64,000 nt of DNA from Vulcanimicrobiota bacterium (GCA_963714015.1 OY970223.1:2976001-3040000), one strand, 5' to 3'; numbered from the stretch's first letter, positions 20,741-30,606 are shown. Made by a program: numbers and translations. Notes: generated from the sequence alone by a model not told the origin.

Positions 20741-21096
20741 TTCAATTGCGATTGCCAATCGGGAGGCACGCTGCCCTTGGGACCGGGCACCGGTTGATCG
20801 TGCGGATGCCAGCGAGGAGCGGCCAGCACCGGCCCGTCCAACGATTGTTGCGTCCGGTAATCGTAGAGCCAGGCTTCTCCCGGTTCGAAGCTCGCGATGA
20901 TCGGGTGACCCGTACTATGGAAATGGGCGGTAGCATGTCGTTTCGGAGAGCTGTCGCAGCATCCGACGTGTCCGCACTGCGCGCATCTGCGCAGATGAAA
21001 CCACCAGCCGCGTTCCGCCACACATTCCACGCACCCGGTTCCTGACGGTTTCGCGTTTACGTCTATGCCCTCGATGTCGCCGGTGCTCCGCTTCAT
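20737..21096 (-). CDS. UBP-type zinc finger protein
   Basis: CVEC..W.HLRRCAQCGHVGCCDSSP..HATAHF...HP...SFEPGE.W pattern. Confidence 0.88.
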   Translation of the reverse strand: MKRSTGDIEGIDVNAKPSGTGCVECVAERGWWFHLRRCAQCGHVGCCDSSPKRHATAHFHSTGHPIIASFEPGEAWLYDYRTQQSLDGPVLAAPRWHPHDQPVPGPKGSVPPDWQSQLN

Positions 21097-21102
21097 ATCC
21101 CC

Positions 21103-22311
21103 TTATGCCATACAATTCGCAGGCTTGCAACTTTCGGCTGCAATCGAACTTTCGGCCGCGCGATCGAGAACGGTCAACAAGCGATCGATCTCTTCGCTGC
21201 CGATTATTAGCGGCGGCGCGAGCCGAATCGTGTTCCCGCCGGCCTTATTGAGCAACACGTGCTCGTCTTCCCGAGCGAAGCGTACGACGATCGCCGCGTC
21301 AATCTGAGGCTGAACGGGAAGACCGGCCAGCAGACCGATGCCGCGAGGCTCCCCATATACCTGCGGATGGTGAGCGTGTAATTGCTGCAGCCCTGCAAAG
21401 AGCTGCATCGACCGAACCGCAACCGTTCGTTCGAGCTGCAGTTCGTCGCGAATGCGCAAATGCGCCAGTGCAGCCGCGCATGGGATTGGAGATCCGCCGA
21501 ACGTACTGCCATGATCGCCCGGCTGCAAGCCGGGCGCAAACGCTTCGCGCACCAGCATCGCACCGATCGGCAATCCATTTGCCAGCGCCTTTGCAAGCGT
21601 GACCGCATCCGGAACGACGCCGTAATGCTGAAAAGCGAACAGCGGACCCAGCCGGCCCATGCCGCATTGCACCTCGTCGAAGATCAGCATTGCGCCGCGT
21701 TGCGTGCAAAGTGCCCGGGCCTCACGCAAAAATGCCGGATCCGCACAAATGACGCCGCTCTCTCCCTGCACGGGTTCGACGATGAACGCCGCCACCGATT
21801 CGTCCAGCGCTTCACGCAATGCGGTTAGGTCGTTGAACGCGGTCGTTCGAAAGCCGTCCGGGAGGGGCCCGAACCCTTCGTGATACGCCGGATTTGCGGT
21901 CGCGCTGAGCGACCCCATGGTTCGGCCGTGAAAGCCGCCGGTGCACGACAAGATCGTCGTGCGGTCGCGTTCGCCCCTGCGGTACGCCGACTTGCGCGCG
22001 AGCTTGATCGCCGCTTCGTTCGCCTCCGTTCCGGAGTTGCAGAAAAACGCGCGGTCGAGGCCCGAACGCCGCGAGAGCTCCTCTGCAAGCGTCGATGCCG
22101 GTTCGTGTCCGAACAAGTTGCTGCAGTGTACCAGGCGCTGCGCCTGTTCGGCGACTGCTCTTGCGATCTCCGGATGGGCGTGTCCGAGCGCGCATACCGC
22201 AATGCCGCCGATCGTATCCAAATACCGATGTCCGCGATCGTCAATGAGCGTGCATCCCTCGCCTGCAACGAAGGTAACCGGCGCGCGGCTGTAATTTTTG
22301 AGCAGGCTCAT
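21103..22311 (-). CDS. argD: Acetylornithine aminotransferase
   Basis: FFCNSGTEANEAAIKLAR, FHGRT, EPVQGESG, DEVQCGMGR and TLAKAL; ATG overlaps the argJ stop. Confidence 0.93.
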   Translation of the reverse strand: MSLLKNYSRAPVTFVAGEGCTLIDDRGHRYLDTIGGIAVCALGHAHPEIARAVAEQAQRLVHCSNLFGHEPASTLAEELSRRSGLDRAFFCNSGTEANEAAIKLARKSAYRRGERDRTTILSCTGGFHGRTMGSLSATANPAYHEGFGPLPDGFRTTAFNDLTALREALDESVAAFIVEPVQGESGVICADPAFLREARALCTQRGAMLIFDEVQCGMGRLGPLFAFQHYGVVPDAVTLAKALANGLPIGAMLVREAFAPGLQPGDHGSTFGGSPIPCAAALAHLRIRDELQLERTVAVRSMQLFAGLQQLHAHHPQVYGEPRGIGLLAGLPVQPQIDAAIVVRFAREDEHVLLNKAGGNTIRLAPPLIIGSEEIDRLLTVLDRAAESSIAAESCKPANCMA

Positions 22312-23534
22312 GTGCGATAACTCGCGTTGATTCGAACGTAGTCGCGGGATAGATCGCATCCCCAGCCCGTCGCAGAAGCGTCGCCCACTCCCAAGTCGAG
22401 TTGCACGGCAACCGCCGTGTGCTCGAGTTCGCGGTGCGCCTCGGCCTCGGACAGTATTTCCACGGCGCCGCGTCCCACCCAAACTTCGCCGTTCAGAAAC
22501 AGCGACCAGGAGTCCCCATCCATACCCGCGCGCGCCGAGCCCGCCGCCGCTACGATTCGACCCCAATTCGGATCCTCGCCGAACAGTGCGGTCTTTACCA
22601 AATTGCTGTTGATGATTGCGCGCGCGATGCAGCGCGCCTGAGCTTCCGAGTCCGCACTGCTGACCGTAACCGTAAGCGTTTTCGTAGCGCCTTCTCCATC
22701 CGCGACCATCGCCTGCGCCAAGTCGTCGCAGACCTTGCGCAGTGCGGCGCCGAAACCCGCCGGCGCGTCATCACCTGCGCCGGGCGCAAAAGCATAAACT
22801 GCGTCATTCGTCGACATGTCGCCGTCCACCGAGATCATGTTGAACGAACCGTCCGTACATTCGGTCAGATGCGCCTGCAGCGCGGCTCTGGACATCGGTG
22901 CGTCGGTCGCGATGAACGCCAGCATCGTCGCCATGTTGGGAGCGATCATTCCCGACCCTTTGGCGATGCCGCCGACCACGTATTTTTTCTCGCCGTCGTA
23001 AAACGCGTATGCCGCCAGCTTGGGAACGCGATCGGTCGTCATGATCGCCTCCGCTGCGTCGAAGGCCGCTTTACCGCCGGTCTCCAGATCGTTTGCCGCG
23101 CGCTCGAGTCCTTTGACGACGCGGTCGATGGGCAGCGGAACTCCGATTACGCCGGTAGACGCGACGATTACTGAGGCAATCGGGACGTTCAGCAGCGCCG
23201 CTGCCTGGCGCGCGGTAGAGCGCGCGTCGCGATAACCCCGCTCGCCGGTGCAGGCGTTTGCGCAGCCGGAATTGCAGACCAGCGCGCGCATCCGATCGCC
23301 GTTCGTTTCCAAATGCGCCGCGCTCACGACGAGGGGCGCAGCCTTGATCTCATTGGTCGTAATCGTGGACGCACAGACCTGATTTCCCTCGAACGCTATG
23401 ACGGCCAAATCGCGTTTACGCTTTTTGATGTTCGCGTGAACGCCGGCCAGCCGCACTCCGGGCACCGCGCCTATGCCACCGCGCAGCGCGACGAGTCTGC
23501 CCGCAGTTTTCTCTTTAGACGAAAGCTCGAGCAT
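22308..23534 (-). CDS. argJ: Bifunctional ornithine acetyltransferase/N-acetylglutamate synthase
   Basis: NSGCANACTG, STGVIG, IMTTD, KGSGMIAPNMATML, DGDMSTND, DGEGATK and DPNWGR. Confidence 0.96.
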   Translation of the reverse strand: MLELSSKEKTAGRLVALRGGIGAVPGVRLAGVHANIKKRKRDLAVIAFEGNQVCASTITTNEIKAAPLVVSAAHLETNGDRMRALVCNSGCANACTGERGYRDARSTARQAAALLNVPIASVIVASTGVIGVPLPIDRVVKGLERAANDLETGGKAAFDAAEAIMTTDRVPKLAAYAFYDGEKKYVVGGIAKGSGMIAPNMATMLAFIATDAPMSRAALQAHLTECTDGSFNMISVDGDMSTNDAVYAFAPGAGDDAPAGFGAALRKVCDDLAQAMVADGEGATKTLTVTVSSADSEAQARCIARAIINSNLVKTALFGEDPNWGRIVAAAGSARAGMDGDSWSLFLNGEVWVGRGAVEILSEAEAHRELEHTAVAVQLDLGVGDASATGWGCDLSRDYVRINASYRT

Positions 23535-24480
23535 CGAGTCCCACTCCTTCCGGGTAGCCGTACATCAGATTCAGATTGGCGAGTGCTTGCGTTGCGGCGC
23601 CGCGTCCCAGATTGTCGATCGCACAGATCGCCCGAACGACATTCCCTTGAACCGAAACGTGAAGCTCCGCGTCATGCGTGCCGCGCACGGCCGCCAAACT
23701 GGGCGCGCGTGTCGAGTCGAGAAGCCGGACTCCGAAACTGCACGCATAGGCGCGCGTATACGCCGCGTGAACGGACTCGGCGTCGATAAATCTTTCGAAG
23801 ACGGCATAGGCATCCACCAGCATTCCGCGGTCGATCGGCACGACGTGCGGCGTGAACGTCAGTGCGGCGTTCATGCCTGCCGCGCGCCACTCTTGCAGAA
23901 TCTCCCGTTCGTGGCGGTGGCCTTCCAAACCGTACGCGCGCACCTCTCCCGCGACCTCGGCAAAAAGCGAGCTGACCAAAGGCGTCCGTCCGGCGCCGGT
24001 TATGCCGCTTTTCGCATCGACAATGATTTGCGCAGGCGCGAACGGTGCCAACGGAAGCGTTGACAGCAGCGTTGCAGTCGGATAGCATCCCGGATTGGCG
24101 ACGAGCTGCGCTTCGGCGATGGCATCGCGATAGCGTTCGGCATAGCCGTAGACGGCCGGCGAAGGCGCGAGCCGGAAATCCGCGGAGAGGTCGACGACCT
24201 TCGCATCTCTTGCAAGCAGCGCTGGAGCCAAATCGCACGCTGCTCCGGCGTGACCCGCCAGCACGACCGCATCGCCGGGCAGCAACTCGCCGGCGATCGT
24301 TCCCGGCGGATCAAAGGCGCGATGCAAACTGCCCAGGCGCGGAAACTGCGCGCCGATCGGTTCGCCGGCGTGCGTGCCGCTCTCAATCGCACCGAGCACG
24401 AACTGCGGATGCGCCTCGACCAGCCGCACGATCTCCGAGCCGGCATATCCGGAGGCGCCGAATACGTGAATGCGCGTCAC
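23515..24480 (-). CDS. argC: N-acetyl-gamma-glutamyl-phosphate reductase
   Basis: GTG start at 24480; GASGYAG, DLSADFRL, VANPGCYPT, SGITGAG, HRH..EI, FTPH and IDNLGRGAA. Confidence 0.92.
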   Translation of the reverse strand: MTRIHVFGASGYAGSEIVRLVEAHPQFVLGAIESGTHAGEPIGAQFPRLGSLHRAFDPPGTIAGELLPGDAVVLAGHAGAACDLAPALLARDAKVVDLSADFRLAPSPAVYGYAERYRDAIAEAQLVANPGCYPTATLLSTLPLAPFAPAQIIVDAKSGITGAGRTPLVSSLFAEVAGEVRAYGLEGHRHEREILQEWRAAGMNAALTFTPHVVPIDRGMLVDAYAVFERFIDAESVHAAYTRAYACSFGVRLLDSTRAPSLAAVRGTHDAELHVSVQGNVVRAICAIDNLGRGAATQALANLNLMYGYPEGVGLDARAFV

Positions 24481-25827
24481 TGCTGCAGGCTCGCAAGCTG
24501 CGCGCGCAGTTCGGCGATGCATCGCTCGACCGCGGAAGGGCTCGTCGAACCGCCCGTGCGCTTTCCCCGGACGGACGCTGCGGCATCGGGCCAATTCGAG
24601 CTCCCCTTTTCCCGCTTCGTGCGCCTGAATTGCCGCGCCCACGTGTGCGTGGGCCTTCCTGGCGCTCATTCCGCCCGCAATCAACGCGTCCGCGACGTCG
24701 GTCGCCACGGTATAATCCGTCTCCGCGCGAGCGTTCATCGCCTCGCGCACGAAGGTAACATGCGGCAGCGCATTCTTCAGCGCATTCAACGCGCAGAGGG
24801 ACGTCTCGACGATCTGCAGCACGGATTTCTTAGCGATCTGCAAGTCGCGATGGTACGAGAGGCCAAGGCCGCTGATGACTGCAAGCGCCCCGGCGTAGCG
24901 TCCGCAAAGATCCGCTGCCGTCCCGCGAATCAATTCGAACGGATCGGGGTTGCGCTTCTGCGGCATTAGACTGGAGCCGGTGGATGCAGCATCTCCGATG
25001 CGCGCGTAACCAAAGGCGGGCGCCGCCCAGACGATGAGTTCCTCGCACAGGCGCGATGCGCCGATCGAGGATCGCACGCACGCGTGCGTCAGGTTCAGCG
25101 CGGCATCGCGGTTTCCGATGGCGTCCATCGCGTTGATCGACGGACCGTTGAAACCCAGTTCGGCCGCCGCGCCGTCGCGATCGAGCGGTAAGGAAGATCC
25201 GGCCAATGCCGCGGATCCGAGGGGACACGATTCTTTAGCGTCGCGGAACGCTTCTCGAAACATCCGAGTGCTGCGGACGAAGGGCTGAGCAGCTGCGCAA
25301 AGCCAAAAGGCCAAGAGTACCGGCTGCGCCGGCTGCCAATGCGTCGTGCCGGCAACGAGCGTCCCGGCTTCGAGTTCCGCCTCGGCGGTACTCAGTAACT
25401 GATCCGCAATTGCCAGTGCAATTCCGCCGCCCGCTTGTGCGCGATCCGCGCAGTAGAGCAGCAGCGTCGTGGCCACCTGATCGTTACGGCTGCGCCCTGC
25501 ATGCAAGAGTTCCCCGGCCTCGGTTTCCAGCTCCCGAACGCGTGCATCGATGGCGCCATGCACGTCTTCGGCTCCGCTGCCGAAGGCGAACGGCCTAAAC
25601 GAACCGTCGGAGATTTCACCGGCCACGGTTCCGAGTGCCGCGCGGAGCGCCTTCGCGGCGTCGGCGCTGATGATGCCGCCGCCTTGCAGCGCCGTCACGT
25701 GCGCGAGCGAGCACTGCACGTCGAAGGGCGCAAGCAGCAGATCTTCGTCCATCGACGATCCGAAGCGCAGAAGCGCCTCGTCCGGAGCGCCGGCAAACCG
25801 CCCACCCCACTGAAGTCCGGCCGTCAT
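24477..25827 (-). CDS. argH: Argininosuccinate lyase; +1 frameshift at ~24595 makes it appear fused to argC
   Basis: WGGRF, EDVH, LHAGRSRNDQV, TGSSLMPQKRNPD and YHRDLQ. A shifted frame gives the expected tail (..SVRGKRTGGSTSPSAVERC..QQ*) ending on the argC GTGA overlap. Confidence 0.9.
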
Positions 25828-27050
25828 ACCGTGAGTCGATCGTTCTGCTTGGTGTGCGCGATCAATTCCAGCGGAAGACCGTGCAGCTTGATAAACCCTT
25901 CGGCCGCATGGTGATCGAAGAGATCGCCTTTGCCGTAGGTTGCGAGCGCCTCCGAATACAATCCGAACGGCGACTGCAGACCCGTAACGGCGGCGGTTCC
26001 TTGGTGAAGCACCATGCGGACATTTCCGCGCATACGCTGCGCACCGGCCGCATTGAACCCGTCGAGCGCTTCACGCAGCGGTGACATCCACAAGCCGTCA
26101 TAGGTCAGTTCCGCGTAACGCTGATCGCAGATTGCCTTAAAGCGCAGTTCGTCGCGCGAAAGCACGACGCGCTCCAGCGCCTGGTGCGCTTTGATAAGCA
26201 CCGTGCTCGCCGGACATTCATAAATCTCTCGCGATTTCAAGCCGATGACGCGATCCTCGAGCAAGTCGATGCGCCCGACGCCGTGCGCTCCGGCCAAACC
26301 GTTCAATTCCGCGACCAGCCGCCAGCCGTACAATCCCTCCCACGATGGAATGCCGTCATCGAATGCGACGACGATCTCGTCGGGCGCAGTTCGCCGCTTT
26401 TCGGGCGAAGCAGTCCATGCATAGGCGTCCTCAGGCGGCGAGTTCCACGGATTTTCCAACACGCCGGCTTCAATCGAACGCCCCCACAGATTCGCGTCGA
26501 TCGAATATGGCTTCTCTGCGGTGTGCGCGACCGGAATGCCGTTTGCGGCTGCAAAGGCGATCGCTTCGGGACGGGAAAGCGGCGATTCGCGCAGTGGCGC
26601 GCGGCAGGTCAAGTTCGGGTCCAAAGCGCGTACGCCTAACTCGATGCGAACTTGGTCGTTGCCTTTGCCCGTGCAGCCGTGCGCCACGAATTCGGCGCCG
26701 TACGCGTGCGCCGTTTCGACGAGCAGATGAGCGATCAAGGGGCGTGAAAGCGCCGCAGAAAGCGGATAGACGCCCTCGTACAGCGCGTTCGCCTGCAGCG
26801 CCCGAAACGCGAATTCGTCGACGAAGCGCGCCTTGGCATCGGCCAGAACCGCATCGCGGGCACCCAGCGCCAGCGCCTTCTCCTTTACGGCTTGCAGCGC
26901 ATGTGAGGCGCCGCCGCCCATAATCGCGTCACTTTCGCCGAGATCCGCGGTTAGCGCGATAACGTCGTATCCTTCCAAGGTCAGCCGCTTGAGCAGCACG
27001 GAAGTGTCCAAGCCGCCCGAGTATGCCAAAACAATGGTTTTGCGGTTCAC
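25824..27050 (-). CDS. argG: Argininosuccinate synthase
   Basis: LAYSGGLDTS, HGCTGKGNDQVR, YSIDANLWGRSIE and GLKSREIYE; GTG overlaps the argR stop. Confidence 0.95.
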   Translation of the reverse strand: MNRKTIVLAYSGGLDTSVLLKRLTLEGYDVIALTADLGESDAIMGGGASHALQAVKEKALALGARDAVLADAKARFVDEFAFRALQANALYEGVYPLSAALSRPLIAHLLVETAHAYGAEFVAHGCTGKGNDQVRIELGVRALDPNLTCRAPLRESPLSRPEAIAFAAANGIPVAHTAEKPYSIDANLWGRSIEAGVLENPWNSPPEDAYAWTASPEKRRTAPDEIVVAFDDGIPSWEGLYGWRLVAELNGLAGAHGVGRIDLLEDRVIGLKSREIYECPASTVLIKAHQALERVVLSRDELRFKAICDQRYAELTYDGLWMSPLREALDGFNAAGAQRMRGNVRMVLHQGTAAVTGLQSPFGLYSEALATYGKGDLFDHHAAEGFIKLHGLPLELIAHTKQNDRLTV

Positions 27051-27508
27051 TGATTCCCCCGTAGATCGGCAAAACGTTGAACGATGACCGGCGTTTGCTT
27101 CGGATCGGCCACGATGACCAAAATCGTGTCGTCGCCGCCGATCGTCCCGATGATCTCCGGCCACTGGGCTTCGTCGATGGCGGCAGCGACCATCATGGCG
27201 CTCCCCGGCGGCGTGCGCAGAACAATGAGATTCATACTGCTCTTGAGGTCGCGCACCAGCTCTGAAACCAGACGATGCAACCGGCTCGAGAACGCCTGCT
27301 CGGCAGCCGGAACGACATACTTGAACTGCTGACCGTTCGCGCCTTTGATCGGCACCTTTGCCAAACCCAGCTCCTTGATGTCGCGCGAGATCGTTGCCTG
27401 CGTCGTCTCGAATCCCTGAACGTCGAGCAGTTCCGCAAGCTCTTCCTGCGAACGCACGGGCCTCGTCGACACGAGCGTCAAAATGGCTCTTTGTCTTCGG
27501 TCCTTCAT
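27047..27508 (-). CDS. argR: Arginine repressor
   Basis: RQRAIL..SQEEL, TQATISRDIKELG, RTPPGSA and GTIGGDDTI. Confidence 0.95.
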   Translation of the reverse strand: MKDRRQRAILTLVSTRPVRSQEELAELLDVQGFETTQATISRDIKELGLAKVPIKGANGQQFKYVVPAAEQAFSSRLHRLVSELVRDLKSSMNLIVLRTPPGSAMMVAAAIDEAQWPEIIGTIGGDDTILVIVADPKQTPVIVQRFADLRGNQ

Positions 27509-27515
27509 GCTGCGA

Positions 27516-28487
27516 TCACACAACGTAGCCTTTCAAATCGGTCAGCAGCGCCACGAGAATCGCTTTTTGCGCGTGCATGCGGTTTTCGGCTTGATCGAAG
27601 ACGACGCTGCGCGGTCCGTCGATGACGCAAGCCGTCATCTCCTCGCCGCGATGCGCCGGCAGGCAGTGCATGAACACCGCATGCGGTGCGGCATGAGCGA
27701 AGAGCTCTTCGGTGACGCGATAGGGCAGTAGCGCCGCGTGATTGCGTTCCGTTTGCGCTTCTTCCCCCATCGAGGTCCACGTGTCGGTATAGATCGCGTC
27801 GACGCCTCGAACCGCGCGAATCGGATTGGAAAAAGCTCGCGCGGTACCGCCCTGCGGCCGGCCCATGGCGTTCAACTGTTCCAGGAAGGTTTCGCTGGGG
27901 CGATGCGAGAGCGGAGAACCGAAATGCACGTGCGCGCCGGAAAGCACCGCCGCTTGCGCGAGGGAACAGGCGACGTTGTTGCTCGCATCGCCTAAGAATG
28001 CAATGCGCAATCCGGGCAAGGTTCCAAAATGCGCCTGAAGCGTCAAGAGATCCGCAAGAGCTTGGCACGGATGCGCCTGCGCGGACAGCGCATTGATGAC
28101 CGGAACGCTCGAGGCGGCCGCAAAACGCTCGAGCGGTTCGTGAGCGTGCGTGCGAATTGCGATCGCATCGGCGTAACGCGAGAGAACTCGAGCGGCGTCT
28201 TCAGGCGATTCGCGGGTGCCGATTGCAAACTCGTTGCCTTGGGCGAATATGACGTGGCCGCCGAGCTGCGTCATCGCCACTTCAAAGGAAACGCGCGTGC
28301 GCAGGCTGGGCTTCTCGAACAGCATCGAGAGCGTTTTGCCGCGCAGCAGCGGCGCTTGTTCGGCCAAGCGCCGGCCCTTCAAATAATCCGCAAGCCGCAA
28401 AATCAGCGCGACCTCGCCTGCTGCCAAGTCGTCGACCGCGAGGAGGCTGCGGCCCCACAATGGGGGGGCTGGCGCAACTGCGTACAT
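27516..28487 (-). CDS. argF: Ornithine carbamoyltransferase
   Basis: FEKPSLRTRVSF, HPCQALAD, YTDTWTSMG, FMHCLP and DQAENRMH. Confidence 0.95.
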   Translation of the reverse strand: MYAVAPAPPLWGRSLLAVDDLAAGEVALILRLADYLKGRRLAEQAPLLRGKTLSMLFEKPSLRTRVSFEVAMTQLGGHVIFAQGNEFAIGTRESPEDAARVLSRYADAIAIRTHAHEPLERFAAASSVPVINALSAQAHPCQALADLLTLQAHFGTLPGLRIAFLGDASNNVACSLAQAAVLSGAHVHFGSPLSHRPSETFLEQLNAMGRPQGGTARAFSNPIRAVRGVDAIYTDTWTSMGEEAQTERNHAALLPYRVTEELFAHAAPHAVFMHCLPAHRGEEMTACVIDGPRSVVFDQAENRMHAQKAILVALLTDLKGYVV

Positions 28488-28489
28488 AT

Positions 28490-28526
28490 GCTGTATATTT
28501 ATGCATATGCTGCATAAAATTGCAAG
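28490..28526. promoter_or_regulatory. Tandem ARG boxes (ArgR operator) in the argF/argB divergent promoter
   Basis: Two imperfect palindromes, TGTATATTTATGCA (28492-28505) and TGCATAAAATTGCA (28511-28524), fill an AT-rich 45-bp gap; argR lies in the cluster. Confidence 0.85.
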
Positions 28527-28532
28527 CGTCTA

Positions 28533-29312
28533 ATGCGGCTCGTCGTCAAGTACGGCGGCAGCGCCATGGACACGAATGCGGACGACGCTCTGCTCGAGGA
28601 AGTTTCCCTGCTACTCGGGTGGGGACACTCCGTAATCCTGGTTCACGGCGGCGGACCGGAACTGGATCGCGCGCTGGCCGATCGCGGTCTAACGTCGCGC
28701 CGTATCGACGGATTGCGTGTAACTGATCGAGACGCGCTGGAAGTGGCTGAGGCAGTTTTCTGCGCGACGGGCAACAAGCGGCTGGTTCGCGCATGCCTTA
28801 AGCGAGGAATTTCCGCGGTCGGAATCAGCGGACAGGACGGCGGCCTTCTGCGCGCTCGCCGCACGCATTCGCGCAAGGGCGACGACCTGGGCTTCGTCGG
28901 CGACATCGTTGCCGTCGACGCGCGCCTGTTGGAGGCGCTCTTAGAAGCCGGGTTCCTTCCGATCGTGGCGCCGATCGCCGTCGGCGAACGTGCCGAGTCG
29001 GCCTACAACGTCAATGCAGACACCGTTGCGGGCGCCATTGCGGGTGCAATCCATGCCGACGCGTACGTCGCGCTCACCAACGTGGAACGCGTGCTCGGCG
29101 ATCCCCGCAACCCGGCCTCCGCGATAGACGCGCTGAGCGTGCGCGATGCGCTCACGTTCGCCAGTTCGCAAGCGTGCGCGACGGGGATGCGTCCCAAGCT
29201 TTTCGCGGCAATCGACGCGGTGGTCAGCGGTGCCAAGCGCGCCTATATTTGCGCGGCGCGGCCCGGCGCTATTCAAGGCGCACTCGCCGGTAACGCGACC
29301 GTTATTGGTTGA
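28533..29312 (+). CDS. argB: Acetylglutamate kinase
   Basis: VVKYGGSAM, VHGGG, GLRVTD, LGFVG, NVNAD and GM.PK. Confidence 0.94.
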   Translation: MRLVVKYGGSAMDTNADDALLEEVSLLLGWGHSVILVHGGGPELDRALADRGLTSRRIDGLRVTDRDALEVAEAVFCATGNKRLVRACLKRGISAVGISGQDGGLLRARRTHSRKGDDLGFVGDIVAVDARLLEALLEAGFLPIVAPIAVGERAESAYNVNADTVAGAIAGAIHADAYVALTNVERVLGDPRNPASAIDALSVRDALTFASSQACATGMRPKLFAAIDAVVSGAKRAYICAARPGAIQGALAGNATVIG

Positions 29313-29319
29313 CGCGGCC

Positions 29320-29348
29320 TTGACGCACCGCGACTCGCATGGTATGGT
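29320..29348 (+). promoter_or_regulatory. Sigma70-type promoter for the leader-hom-metX transcript
   Basis: TTGACG (29320-25), 17-bp spacer, extended -10 TGnTATGGT (29343-48). The predicted +1 falls at the ATG at 29356. Confidence 0.7.
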
Positions 29349-29355
29349 TGCCGCA

Positions 29356-29433
29356 ATGTCGATTCAACTCGCGCGAATGTCGTGTACCCGCTGCCGTCAA
29401 ACTAGATGCGCAGACGCGCTTTGCATGACCTAA
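29356..29433 (+). CDS. Putative leaderless attenuator leader peptide MSIQLARMSCTRCRQTRCADALCMT (25 aa)
   Basis: Contains 4 Cys, 3 Met and 3 Thr codons. Starts at the predicted TSS and stops just before the antiterminator/terminator upstream of hom-metX. Confidence 0.72.
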   Translation: MSIQLARMSCTRCRQTRCADALCMT

Positions 29434-29455
29434 TTCGGCGAATCGCCGAAGATGC

Positions 29456-29488
29456 AGAGCCCCTTGCGCAGCGAGGGGTTTTTTATTT
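29456..29488 (+). terminator. Intrinsic terminator of the hom-metX attenuator
   Basis: Stem CCCCTTGC-gca-GCGAGGGG (29460-29478) followed by TTTTTTATTT, about 50 bp upstream of hom. Confidence 0.85.
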
Positions 29489-29538
29489 GTACCAACGTTA
29501 GCGTTCCTCGCTTTCCCATCGCAACAGGAGGCCGGAGG

Positions 29539-30606
29539 ATGGAATCTACAATCGGAATCGCGCTGCTGGGCCGCGGAACCGTGGGCGGCGGCGTAGCCGG
29601 ACTGCTCGAACAGCGCCGCGATCGCATCGAGCGGCGCGCCGGTGCGCGATACAACGTTTTGGGCGTGGCCGACCGCACTCACGATCCGCTGCAGCTGGTA
29701 GACGATCCTCGAACGGATCTGGTGATCGAGTGCATCGGCGGGACCCGGATTGCGCTCGAATGCATCGAGCGCGCACTCGAGAACCGCAAACACGTCGTCA
29801 CCGCCAACAAAGACGCTATCGCCACGCAAGGGCCGCGCTTGCGAGCGTTGGCGGACGCCAAGGGCGTGACGCTGCGGTACGAGGCATCGGTGGCAAGTGC
29901 CGTGCCGATCATCTCAACCCTCGATCACGCGTTGGCAGGGGACGAGATCGTCGAAGTCGGCGGCGTATTGAACGGCACGTGCAACTTCATCTTGGGCAAG
30001 ATGCGCGGCGGAAATACCTTCGGCGAAGCGCTGAGGCAAGCGCAGCACGCCGGCTATGCCGAGGCGGATCCCCGCAATGACGTCGAGGGGATAGACGCCT
30101 CGCACAAGCTCGCGATCCTCATTCAGCACGCGTTCGGCCAACCGATCGTGTCGTCGCGCATTCCTCGGACCGGAATCACGGCCCTAACCAGTGCAGCGGT
30201 GCGCCGCGCGCGACAGCACGGATACGAACTCAAACTCTTGGGTTACGCTCGCAAAACCTCGGCCGGCATCGACGCCGAGGTCGGTCCGATACTCGTCCCG
30301 TTCTCTCATCCGTTCTCCAAAGTCGAGGGAGTCGACAACGTCGTGCGCGTCGTGGGCGTCTCTTCTGGTCCGCTGATCTTTAGCGGGGCCGGTGCGGGCC
30401 GGGACGCCGCGGCGGCGGCCGTCCTGGGCGACGTCGTCGCATCGCTGCGCGCGATTACCGAGCGCCATGGCATTCGCAAAAATCATTTGACCGCCTACGC
30501 CACGCAGCCCGTAACCGGTGCATTCGAACATTTTCCCGAGTTTGCCGGTTTTCCGGTGCTCACTGCCCCGCGCTACGACGTGCTGCCGGCAGCGGTTCCA
30601 TGTTAG
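29539..30606 (+). CDS. hom: Homoserine dehydrogenase (no evident ACT domain)
   Basis: GGAGG upstream; GRGTVGGG, VVTANK, YEASV, LNGTCNFIL, GYAEADP..DVEG.D..KL and GAGAG. Confidence 0.92.
   Translation: MESTIGIALLGRGTVGGGVAGLLEQRRDRIERRAGARYNVLGVADRTHDPLQLVDDPRTDLVIECIGGTRIALECIERALENRKHVVTANKDAIATQGPRLRALADAKGVTLRYEASVASAVPIISTLDHALAGDEIVEVGGVLNGTCNFILGKMRGGNTFGEALRQAQHAGYAEADPRNDVEGIDASHKLAILIQHAFGQPIVSSRIPRTGITALTSAAVRRARQHGYELKLLGYARKTSAGIDAEVGPILVPFSHPFSKVEGVDNVVRVVGVSSGPLIFSGAGAGRDAAAAAVLGDVVASLRAITERHGIRKNHLTAYATQPVTGAFEHFPEFAGFPVLTAPRYDVLPAAVPC

Noticed and set aside
23515..25827. 770-aa ArgH-ArgC fusion in the ORF track
   Set aside because: The linker is not ArgH-like. The +1 frame encodes a proper ArgH tail that stops on the argC GTGA overlap, so a single-base insertion explains the apparent fusion.
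29313..29538. SAM riboswitch or T-box upstream of hom-metX
   Set aside because: No S-box core (ATC.AGAG, GCAACC, GTGC.AA) and no T-box AAGGTGG.ACC sequence is visible; the leader is short and better explained by a peptide attenuator.
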